Assembly (NCBI GenBank): GCA_963740635.1
Contig: CAVUEQ010000001.1
Coordinates: 81,026 to 145,025, forward strand
Length of the DNA: 64,000 bases
Direction: 5' to 3'
From: an uncultured bacterium
Lineage (GTDB): Bacteria; Patescibacteriota; Saccharimonadia; UBA4664
Shown: piece by piece, positions 56,618-64,000 of the stretch
Position numbering within the stretch: position 1 is the stretch's first letter
Layout: every line of letters starts with the position of its first letter
Program-made: the position numbers and the translations under genes
Notes under the pieces: model-generated
Seen by the model: the letters and a program-made list of their open reading frames with translations, nothing else
Database searches by the model: none
Told to the model about the DNA's origin: nothing

Positions 56618-57352
56618 ATGAGCCGGCGCGAGCTCCCCGAAAACTTGCAGGTGCCGTGGGGGGTGCGCGACGTATTGGTGATGGTGCTGGTGTGGTTCGG
56701 GTTGCAGGTGGTGATGGGGATATTCCTGGCCATCACGGCTCGGAGCACGCCGGCGGTAGCGCGGTTTTTGGACCAGGCTAAGGGCGGCAACGTGGCGGCC
56801 AACTTCGCGCTCGACACGACCGGTGTGTTGCTTGGTTTTGGCTTGGTATGGCTATTTTTGCGCAAATACAACGTGGGCTGGAAGGCTGTGGGCTGGCGGC
56901 GGGTGAGCGTGCTCAAGACCATCGGTTACCTGATCGGTATCCTGGTGGCGTTTTTGGTGCTGGCGCAGTTGGCCTTCGTGGTGGTGAAGTTGCTGGTGCC
57001 GGGCTTTGACCCCAACCAGCCGCAGGCCAACGAGTTTACGACTGGGGCCGGTACCAACCCGAACCTGGCCATCATTGCGCTGGTGCTGCTGCCGCCGGTG
57101 TTTGAAGAAACCATTTTCCGCGGGTTCATGTTCCCGGCGATCGCCAAGCGCACGGGTTTGGTGTGGGGGGCGGTGCTGTCGTCGATGATTTTCGGGATCG
57201 CGCACGGCCAGCCGAACCTGTTTGTGTACACCACCATCCTCGGCTTGCTGCTGTGCTTCATGTACGTGCGGACCAAGAGCATCGTGCCGGGGATACTGCT
57301 GCACATGGTGAATAACTATTTGGCGTTTCTGGCGATAACTTCGCCTAAATAG
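56618..57352 (+). CDS. CPBP-family intramembrane glutamic endopeptidase (CAAX protease-like)
   Basis: It carries the EExxxR motif (PPVFEETIFRGFMF) and FxxxH (IFGIAHG), plus the late HMVNN. It has multiple TM helices. Confidence 0.8.
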   Translation: MSRRELPENLQVPWGVRDVLVMVLVWFGLQVVMGIFLAITARSTPAVARFLDQAKGGNVAANFALDTTGVLLGFGLVWLFLRKYNVGWKAVGWRRVSVLKTIGYLIGILVAFLVLAQLAFVVVKLLVPGFDPNQPQANEFTTGAGTNPNLAIIALVLLPPVFEETIFRGFMFPAIAKRTGLVWGAVLSSMIFGIAHGQPNLFVYTTILGLLLCFMYVRTKSIVPGILLHMVNNYLAFLAITSPK

Positions 57353-57529
57353 GCTGACTTATAACGGGATGTGGGGCTCCTATTGCATTTTTCGAATGAC
57401 TGCTCTTTACATGGTAGTCTTAACTTTAGACTTCTTTCGAAAAAGTTGAGCGTGGGAATTCGCTTATGGTCTTAATTTAAGACTAGTACTCGAATGGGCG
57501 TGGCCCGATATTTATAAGTAATGTATACT

Positions 57530-57690
57530 GACTTGCAAAGCCGTGAAGGGGTTTCCCGCCCTGGAGCTGCCGGCGATGAGCCGAGCCGTAACCCGACGTT
57601 ACCGGGGAATTGAGGCCGAAGTGCGCTTCGGCGAAGGCAAGATGGTACCACGAGACACCTCGTTCTTGCCAAGCGTTTTTTGCGTTTGGC
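57530..57690 (+). promoter_or_regulatory. Candidate T-box leader upstream of proS
   Basis: AUGGUACCACG (57642-57652) matches the T-box core UGGUACCGCG at 9/10 positions and includes the UGGU that pairs with tRNA NCCA. An alternative helix GGCAAGA(57636-42)...TCTTGCC(57664-70) is followed by T6 (57676-81). A possible Pro specifier, AA-CCC-G, lies at 57590-57595. The full stem I was not modelled. Confidence 0.45.
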
Positions 57691-57737
57691 GGGGATGGGG
57701 ATTTTTCGTGGAGCAATAATGAGTGAGGAGAAACGCT

Positions 57738-58988
57738 ATGAAAATGTCGCAATTATTTACCAAGACCCGCAAGGAAGCGCCGCGGGACGAGGTGTCGAAA
57801 AACGCCCAGTTGCTGATCCGGGCGGGTTTCATATATAAGGAAATGGCCGGCGTGTACGTGTTTTTGCCCTTGGGGTTGCGCGTGCTGGGGAAAATTAACC
57901 AGGTGATCCGCGAGGAAATGAACGCCATCGGCGGGCAGGAAGTCCAGATGAGCGTGCTTGTAAACAAGGAGCTGTGGGAACGCAGCGGCCGCTGGAGTGA
58001 CGAGGTGGTGGACGACTGGTTTAAGACCAAGCTGAAGAATGGGCTCGAGGTGGGCATGGGCTTTTCGCATGAGGAGCCCTTGACTAATCTGCTGCGCGAG
58101 TATGTGAGCTCATACCGGGACCTGCCGATCTATCCGTACCAGATTCAGACCAAGTTTCGTAATGAGCTGCGGGCGAAGTCGGGGATTATGCGCGGACGCG
58201 AATTTTTAATGAAGGACATGTACTCGTTTTGCCGGACTCAGCAGGAGCACGATGAATTTTATGAGCAGGCTAAGAGTGCGTACCTGAAGATTTATGACCG
58301 GTTGGGCATTGGCGACAGAACCTATGTGACCTTTGCTTCGGGCGGGAGCTTTAGTAAGTATTCGCACGAGTTCCAGACGCTGACGGAGGCCGGCGAGGAT
58401 ACAATCTACTTGGATGAGCTGAAGCGGCTGGCGGTGAATGACGAGGTGTTTAATGACGAGATTTTGAAGGATCTGGGGCTTAAAAAGAGTGAGTTGGTGG
58501 AGCGCAAGGCGATTGAGGTGGGCAATATCTTTTCGCTCGGGACCAAGTTTTCGGATGCATTGGACCTGACCTTTACGGATGAGGAGGGGAAGGTGAAGCC
58601 GGTGACCATGGGCTGCTACGGCATTGGGCCGAGTAGGGTTCTGGGGACAATCGTGGAACTTCTGGCCGATGATAAGGGGATTGTGTGGCCGGACGGCGTG
58701 GCGCCGTTTGAGGTGCACCTGGTGCGGCTTGGTGATGACGAGGCCGTGGTGAAGGCGGCCGATAAGCTGTATGCGGAGTTGTTGAAGGCCGAGGTGGAAG
58801 TGCTCTACGATGACCGCGACGAGTCGGCCGGGGCTAAGTTTGCCGACGCGGATTTGATCGGCGTGCCGGTGCGTCTGACGGTGAGCAAGCGGACCTTGGC
58901 TGAGGACGGCGTGGAGTGGAAGCGCCGCGATGAGAGCGAGGCTAGGCAATTGAAGCTGACGGGGGTGCTAAAGGCGCTGGGCAAATAA
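57738..58988 (+). CDS. proS: Prolyl-tRNA synthetase, bacterial type lacking the INS editing domain
   Basis: ATG 57738 follows GAGGAG. Class II motifs are present (FRNELRAKSGIMRGREFLMKD; GCYGIGPSRVLG), together with an anticodon-binding C-terminus. At about 416 aa it is too short to contain an INS domain. Confidence 0.9.
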   Translation: MKMSQLFTKTRKEAPRDEVSKNAQLLIRAGFIYKEMAGVYVFLPLGLRVLGKINQVIREEMNAIGGQEVQMSVLVNKELWERSGRWSDEVVDDWFKTKLKNGLEVGMGFSHEEPLTNLLREYVSSYRDLPIYPYQIQTKFRNELRAKSGIMRGREFLMKDMYSFCRTQQEHDEFYEQAKSAYLKIYDRLGIGDRTYVTFASGGSFSKYSHEFQTLTEAGEDTIYLDELKRLAVNDEVFNDEILKDLGLKKSELVERKAIEVGNIFSLGTKFSDALDLTFTDEEGKVKPVTMGCYGIGPSRVLGTIVELLADDKGIVWPDGVAPFEVHLVRLGDDEAVVKAADKLYAELLKAEVEVLYDDRDESAGAKFADADLIGVPVRLTVSKRTLAEDGVEWKRRDESEARQLKLTGVLKALGK

Positions 58989-59008
58989 TTTCGGGTAAAA
59001 CGTAGGGT

Positions 59009-59039
59009 GGCCTGTCCGGAGGGTTACTCCGGACAGGCC
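59009..59039. terminator. Bidirectional hairpin after proS
   Basis: GGCCTGTCCGGAG-ggtta-CTCCGGACAGGCC is a perfect 13-bp stem. It lies 20 nt after the proS stop. There is no U-run. Confidence 0.6.
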
Positions 59040-59109
59040 GTGGTGCAGACCAAGCCCTATGCGCGATCAGCCGGAATGCTGGGCCGACCGCCTTGCTGTT
59101 GGTGTTACC

Positions 59110-59364
59110 CTATCGGGTGACAGGGCAATCCTCGTGCGTCCCCGTCAGAACAAGACGGTTGTGCTCGAGGCGATAGGCTTCGCGAGCGGCATCCGCTTCT
59201 TCGGGGGTCTTTGCGTCGCTCAAAGCCGCGACTAGCCTGTCGATATTGGCACTGCAGGCTCCACTAGATCCTCCCATTGGGATTCTCCAATCATTCGGAT
59301 GGGGCAGGACAGCCCCGTTGTCGGTTGGCGGCCAAGGGCACGCCAATTGCTGTGAGAAGAACAA
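59110..59364 (-). CDS. Hypothetical small protein (weak call)
   Basis: 84-aa ORF in an otherwise empty 450-nt gap. No motif or RBS was recognised. It could be non-coding. Confidence 0.3.
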   Translation of the reverse strand: MFFSQQLACPWPPTDNGAVLPHPNDWRIPMGGSSGACSANIDRLVAALSDAKTPEEADAAREAYRLEHNRLVLTGTHEDCPVTR

Positions 59365-59437
59365 CCGGACGTATGGCGCCCTCCTAACTAGTTGGGGTTG
59401 GGTCCATGGTGGGCTTGGTTGCCATAATTATATGTGA

Positions 59438-60220
59438 TTAATACCTACGAGGCAAACTAACCGGAGCGGTTTTTTGGGCGTAGCGCTCCACGAACCGGCG
59501 GAGGATGCGCTCGGGCTCGGTGACGGTAGCGGAGTGGGCGACGGCGGTGAGGCGGCCGGCCTCACGGGGGTCGAAGTACCCGGCGTGCTTGTAAATCTGT
59601 ATGCGCAGGGCCATTCCGGGGGCGTCAAGCTCGGGGTGGAATTGGGTGGCGTAGACATTGCGGCCGACGCGGAACATTTGGACGGGGCAATCCTTGGAGC
59701 CGGCCAGCAGAACGGCGCCGGGCGGCAGGACTTCGCAGGCCTCCTTGTGGCCCAGGAAGGCCGTGAACGTGTCCGGAAGACCGGTCGTGAGCGGGTCGTC
59801 TTGGGCGGCCGGGGTGAGATGGATGACGGCGGGGCCGACTGGTTCGGCGTATTTTTTGGACATGACGCCGCCGAGGTTGGCCGTCACGAAGCCAATGCCC
59901 AGGCAGGCGCCGAGAAACGGGTGGTCGCGGCGGATAATCTCGGTGAGCAGGGTTTGGAGCTGGGGCTCGAAGGCGCGCTGGGCGGGGGATTTTTTGGCGG
60001 GCGGGTCGGTGACATTGCTGGGGCCGCCGCCGAGAATGACGCCGGAGTAATCGCCGAGATTAACCTTGCCGAGCTCGCCGCGGTCCATGGCTACGCGGAT
60101 AAGCTGGTTGGGCTTGAGGCCGCCAAATTTGCAGAAGGCCTCATATTCGTTGTCGGAGGCTTCGGGTTCGGGGCGGGATTGGAGGAGCAGGAAGGGTTTG
60201 GATGTAGGGAAGGGTTTCAT
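59438..60220 (-). CDS. Class I glutamine amidotransferase-like protein (GMP synthase N-domain type)
   Basis: The nucleophile elbow is FLGACLGIGF. The His/Glu region is ATQFHPELD. ATG 60220 forms an ATGA overlap with the upstream M20 gene. Confidence 0.75.
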   Translation of the reverse strand: MKPFPTSKPFLLLQSRPEPEASDNEYEAFCKFGGLKPNQLIRVAMDRGELGKVNLGDYSGVILGGGPSNVTDPPAKKSPAQRAFEPQLQTLLTEIIRRDHPFLGACLGIGFVTANLGGVMSKKYAEPVGPAVIHLTPAAQDDPLTTGLPDTFTAFLGHKEACEVLPPGAVLLAGSKDCPVQMFRVGRNVYATQFHPELDAPGMALRIQIYKHAGYFDPREAGRLTAVAHSATVTEPERILRRFVERYAQKTAPVSLPRRY

Positions 60221-61347
60221 TTGGCCTTGCACCATTCCCGCACGAAGCGGCGGGTAATCTCGTAGTATTTGGCGAAGTCGACGAGGCCGATCCATTCGCC
60301 GGCGCCGTGGGGGTTGCCGCCGGTCGGGCGCACCGACACCACCGGGATCTTGTGGGCGGCAAAGAAGCGGGCGTCGGAGGCGCCGTTGGACATGACATTG
60401 GGGAGGTCGTGGCCGGTGAGCTCCATTGCGAGGCGGCGGAAAAGCGATACGGCGCCGTCCTGACTGACGGTGTAGGGGTCGGCGGAAACTCTTTCGCGAG
60501 CCTCAACTCCCGGCACAGCGGCCGTGCTTTGGCGCATCCAGCCCCGGATGATTTCGTGGGACTGCCCAGGCGCCAGGCGGAAGTCCATTTCGGCGGTGGC
60601 GGAATCTGGTACCTGGTTGGCGGCGCTGCCGCCGCTGATTTTGGTGAGGGTGATGGTGTGGTGAGCGTGCGAGGGGTCGCCGCAGGGTTCAGGGACGGCG
60701 TTTGACTGGACGTCGCGAATAAAATCGACGAGACGGTCGAGGGCATTGGTGCCGCGCCAATTGGTAGAGGCGTGAGTGGATTGGCCGGTGGCGGTCAATT
60801 CCCACCACGCTACGCCCTTGGCGGAGCTTTCGAGCTCCCAGTTGAAGCCGCCGTCGGGGATGATGGCGGCCTCACCGCGGTAGCCATCGGCGACTAGCCG
60901 GCCGGTGCCGTCCAGGCCGCCGTGCTCTTCGTCGGTGGTAATCATCAAGCCGAGGCTGTAATTCTTAAGATCAGGGCCGAGTTCGGCGAGGAGAGCGATA
61001 AAGCCGGCAATGGCGAACTTCATGTCGTAAACGCCCCGGCCAATAAGCCGGTCGTTTTTCACCCGTGGCGCAAATTCGGCCGGCGGGGCCGGCACGACAT
61101 CGAGGTGGCCGGCTAGCCACAGCCGCGGGTTTTTGCCATCTTTGACGGCCGGCGTGGTGGCGATGAGCGACGGGACTCCGTTGTGGCTCAGGTGCTTGAA
61201 ATTTAGGGGGAGACCATGGAGTTGCGCTTCGATCCAATCCAGGCCACCGCGGTTGGTGGCGTGGTCGCCGCTGACCGTGGGCATACGGATGAGGTGGGAG
61301 AGCAATTCAATGAGAGTTTTGGTGGTAGCAGGAGGAGAGGTAGGCAT
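60217..61347 (-). CDS. M20-family metallopeptidase/deacylase (ArgE/DapE/CPG2-like)
   Basis: AGHLDVVPA, GRGVYDMKFAIAG and ITTDEEHGG are metal-ligand motifs of the M20 family. Confidence 0.8.
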   Translation of the reverse strand: MPTSPPATTKTLIELLSHLIRMPTVSGDHATNRGGLDWIEAQLHGLPLNFKHLSHNGVPSLIATTPAVKDGKNPRLWLAGHLDVVPAPPAEFAPRVKNDRLIGRGVYDMKFAIAGFIALLAELGPDLKNYSLGLMITTDEEHGGLDGTGRLVADGYRGEAAIIPDGGFNWELESSAKGVAWWELTATGQSTHASTNWRGTNALDRLVDFIRDVQSNAVPEPCGDPSHAHHTITLTKISGGSAANQVPDSATAEMDFRLAPGQSHEIIRGWMRQSTAAVPGVEARERVSADPYTVSQDGAVSLFRRLAMELTGHDLPNVMSNGASDARFFAAHKIPVVSVRPTGGNPHGAGEWIGLVDFAKYYEITRRFVREWCKAK

Positions 61348-61390
61348 AATCGGTTTCCATTATTGTAACAGGTGCGTCGAAGGGTTCTAC

Positions 61391-61435
61391 GGAGGGTAGG
61401 CACGGCGCTGGTGGCGCTGGGCGTGCCTACCCTCC
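61391..61435 (-). terminator. GC-rich hairpin downstream of the ATP-grasp gene
   Basis: GGAGGGTAGGCACG...CGTGCCTACCCTCC is a perfect 14-bp stem. It sits in the 166-nt gap between 61514 and 61347. Confidence 0.55.
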
Positions 61436-61513
61436 GGGCAGCGTGGCGGGATCTTCCGCTGGCTGCAGTTTATTGCCCGCAGTGGGTGATGCGGGATGGT
61501 GCAGATGGAGACT

Positions 61514-62818
61514 TCAGGCGGCGAGCCGTTCCGCGGATTCGGCGAGCATGCTCTTGGCTTCAGCAACATCGCGCCCGACAGCGTAGAGCATGGCCTTGCG
61601 AAATACGAGCAGCCTGGGGCAGGCTGGGACGACGCCTGTAGTGCCGTTGAACATGAGCGGACCGAGCTGTGTTGAGAGCCGTTCGAACGAGCTTGGCGCC
61701 TCCAACGCGATGTTGTCCGAGCCGACGCCCCACTTGCTGAGGCCGTTGGCATGTGCCTGGAGCGCGACGCTCAGCGGGTACATGGCCCCGGTGACGCGGC
61801 CGTTGGTTTCCAGCAGGAGCAGACGGTTTTCCTTTAGCCCCAGTGTGTACAGGAAGTCCGCGCCGAAGTAGCCGTGGTAGCCGAGGGCGTGTAACTCCCA
61901 GCCGATCTCGAGCGCTCGCAGTTTCATCGTTGCGACAATCCCGGGATCAATGCCGGGCAGCGCGCGGGAGCTGATGAAGTTGCCCGAGTGCACTGTGCCA
62001 TTGGATATCTGTTGCACGGTGGCGCAGATGTAGCGTGGGCCGTTCGCGCCGATCTCCATCTGGGCCGAAAGTGGCACATGGTCCTTGTAGAAGGCGTCGA
62101 TGATGATATCACCTTTGTAGCCGCGTTCCTCGAAAGACGTGAGGGCGGCGGTGAGCTGCTGGGTCCAGTCCGGGGCATCCGATGTGGGCCGGACGAACTT
62201 TATACCATCCCCTGATGCAAGGTTGGGGTGCTTGAGTACGGCCCCGCCGTGGCGAATGATCATGCGGCCTACCCTGTCGCGGATGGTTCCGGCGGATTCG
62301 GGATCGCTCAAATTCACGATCCGATACTCCGGGTAGGGCTGGTCCGGCAGGGTACGGCGCAACCAGATTTTGTCGTTGACCTGCGTTGCCAGTTCCGGAT
62401 TCGGACCCCAGACCAGGCTGCGGTAATCGTAGCCGAGCCGCTCCACGTAGTGATGTTGCCATTGGGTGGGAAGGAAGAACTCCAGGCGGTGGCCGGCTAT
62501 GACCGACAGGCGCAGGTCTCGCAGATCATTCAGTGAGAAGCACCCGGCCAGGCCTTCGCCCGGGTGCACAGGAGTGCGGACCTCTATTATCCTCCGGGCG
62601 CCGATACCGACGGCTTGCAGGTACTGCAGCCAGCTTCGTGGTACGCCCTCCTGAACCACACAGGTTCCGGGAAGAACGGCCGCGCGGTCCGGGTATGTCC
62701 CGAGTCCGTCCACTTGTAAGTCGGGGAAGGCGGACAAGTCATGGATGCGGAAGTAACCGCCGTCGATGGGGCTGGACGCCTGGATCGCCGGGCGAGGACG
62801 CGTCGATGAGGTTTGCAC
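61514..62818 (-). CDS. ATP-grasp fold ligase with long N-terminal domain (possibly PGM1-like peptide ligase)
   Basis: The C-terminal half has an ATP-grasp pattern (GAVLKHPNLASGDGIKFV...GYFGADFLYTLGLKENRLLLLETNGRVTG). GTG 62818, after GGAG, is preferred over the listed ATG 62956, which overlaps a small upstream ORF. Confidence 0.6.
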   Translation of the reverse strand: MQTSSTRPRPAIQASSPIDGGYFRIHDLSAFPDLQVDGLGTYPDRAAVLPGTCVVQEGVPRSWLQYLQAVGIGARRIIEVRTPVHPGEGLAGCFSLNDLRDLRLSVIAGHRLEFFLPTQWQHHYVERLGYDYRSLVWGPNPELATQVNDKIWLRRTLPDQPYPEYRIVNLSDPESAGTIRDRVGRMIIRHGGAVLKHPNLASGDGIKFVRPTSDAPDWTQQLTAALTSFEERGYKGDIIIDAFYKDHVPLSAQMEIGANGPRYICATVQQISNGTVHSGNFISSRALPGIDPGIVATMKLRALEIGWELHALGYHGYFGADFLYTLGLKENRLLLLETNGRVTGAMYPLSVALQAHANGLSKWGVGSDNIALEAPSSFERLSTQLGPLMFNGTTGVVPACPRLLVFRKAMLYAVGRDVAEAKSMLAESAERLAA

Positions 62819-62906
62819 GTGAGTCTCCGTTCTGTCGAGGTGCGAGGGCCGCTGTTGGCGGTCCGGGAATGGACACTGGGTACCGATTTGCCGGGTGAGT
62901 GGCCGG

Positions 62907-63080
62907 TTAGTTCCGGATAATTCGGCCGAGCGAGTCGAGTTTACGGCGTTGATCACCAGTGAGCTTGCTGATGATGGTCACTTTGCGCCCGGGTTTAGGT
63001 TTGCCAGAGTAAGTAACGCCTCGGAGCGCGGCATTGATCCGGTCTTGGCTGACGTCGGATGCGATCAAAAGTCTGGTCAC
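62907..63080 (-). CDS. Small ORF (57 aa) upstream of the ATP-grasp gene; not in the ORF track
   Basis: GTG 63080 is preceded by GAGAGGG. The sequence is VTRLLIASDVSQDRINAALRGVTYSGKPKPGRKVTIISKLTGDQRRKLDSLGRIIRN. Third-position G+C looks like that of coding sequence. Function unknown. Confidence 0.35.
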   Translation of the reverse strand: MTRLLIASDVSQDRINAALRGVTYSGKPKPGRKVTIISKLTGDQRRKLDSLGRIIRN

Positions 63081-63482
63081 AGCAATCCCTCTCGGGTCGG
63101 ATTAACCTGAATCGGTCCTAGTTGTCGAAGGTCTGTTTTGGACCTGTGGCTGTGCGGCGGACGGTTGAAGGTGCGCCGCACAATTCAGGCTCAAACGAAA
63201 AATCGCTCCGGCGAGGGAGCGGTGTCTGGTTGGTTTTTGCTAGCTTCTAGCTGCTACGACCAGGCACCGCCGGGCGAATAATCAGGACAACCAGCAGCAG
63301 GAAGAAGCTGTTGATGGGGTTGGCGCCGATTTGGGCGGTGTTAGTCATGGGCAAAGGTTAGCAATATCGGGCGAATAAGTCAAAAAATGCGTTGGGTTTG
63401 AGTGAGGGGGTACAGAAGGGCCGGCGTGGCCCTCCTGCACCCGCGGACAGGGACAGTAGCGGATAACCGGCCGCGAGGCCAG

Positions 63483-63872
63483 TTACGCGCTTTGGCGGTT
63501 GGGCAGAGAAGTTTTCCGGGCCAGCTGCTTGACGACCCAGGCCAGGTCGACGGGTTTGCCGTTGAGGTTGGTGAACGCGCCATACTTCGTGAGTTCACCG
63601 AATCGGGTTTGGCCGCGGGGCGAGACCAGCAGTGCCTCGGTGACAACGAGTGTGAGCGGTCTGCCGGTGTTGATCCGGCTGCTCCCGCGCCTGGTGATTC
63701 CTTCATTTAGAAGGATACCGAGGGCTATTCCGAAGCCCTTATTCGACGCCGTGATCTTGTACCGTATACAGACTTCGGTTCTGGCGGGGAGAGTGGCGAC
63801 ATTGCCGCTTTCGGACGGGGTTTGGTCGTCGCTCTGAGCCGGGGCTAGAATCCGGCGTCGTTTACCTGCCAT
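63483..63872 (-). CDS. Hypothetical protein
   Basis: 129-aa ORF with a basic N-terminus (MAGKRRRIL). No family was recognised. Confidence 0.4.
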   Translation of the reverse strand: MAGKRRRILAPAQSDDQTPSESGNVATLPARTEVCIRYKITASNKGFGIALGILLNEGITRRGSSRINTGRPLTLVVTEALLVSPRGQTRFGELTKYGAFTNLNGKPVDLAWVVKQLARKTSLPNRQSA

Positions 63873-64000
63873 TTGTAACTCCGTTTCCGGCCGCCGGGCG
63901 GCAGCCTGACGTTGGGGTGACGCGGGGGTTACTGCACTGGGGGCGGGTTGGGGTGTTCCGGGAGAGGCACGGCCGTGACCTGAGGCCGGTCGGCCGGTGA

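Noticed and set aside
61387-61752. ORFs overlapping the 3' end of the ATP-grasp gene and the hairpin region (61387..61752 minus, 61372..61641 plus)
   Set aside because: These are Arg/Ser/Pro-rich shadow frames. The region between 61348 and 61513 is better explained by a 14-bp terminator hairpin.
62895-63110. Plus-strand ORF 62895..63110 (71 aa) and minus-strand ORF 46853..47080 (75 aa)
   Set aside because: Neither has an RBS or a motif. The first is antisense to a better-supported small ORF that has a GAGAGGG RBS. The second spans the htrA promoter region and overlaps the htrA start.

Overview
High-G+C (about 60% by eye), standard-code bacterial window (TGA, TAA and TAG all end well-conserved genes). 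It looks like a reduced-genome monoderm, most plausibly a CPR/Patescibacteria (Saccharimonadia-like) lineage. That placement is an inference from the short EF-Ts, a ProRS without an INS domain, rpsB-tsf-frr-uppS-rseP with no pyrH/cdsA/dxr, LCP plus signal peptidase I, and giant surface proteins. It is not a taxonomic search result. Nt 1-41,300 form an accessory cell-surface island. It holds three giant secreted or anchored proteins: about 3,066 aa, 1,592 aa and about 3,230-3,260 aa. The first and third each carry an apparent single-nt frameshift. The island also holds two DUF916/DUF3324-like anchored beta-sandwich proteins, four paralogous secreted beta-sandwich proteins that may be WxL-like, and two PadR regulators with paired palindromic operators. 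There is also an Ig/PKD membrane protein, three N-terminally anchored cohesin-like or beta-helical proteins, vapBC-like and hicBA toxin-antitoxin pairs, and a Bro-N gene. Several small genes are driven by a four-times repeated promoter module. The most unusual structure lies at 15.8-19.3 kb. The 3' end of the Kelch-repeat gene occurs three times, and A+T-richer cargo sits between the copies (a complete PD40/RTX gene and a truncated gene fragment). Nt 41,300-64,000 are mainly housekeeping: parAB, lepB, LCP, htrA, prmC, ribokinase, prfA, rpmE, rpsB-tsf-frr-uppS-rseP, a CPBP protease, and proS with a candidate T-box leader. This part ends with an ATP-grasp/M20 peptidase/class-I amidotransferase cluster. 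No rRNA, tRNA, CRISPR array, transposase or integrase was recognised. All family names come from motif recognition by eye. No searches were run.
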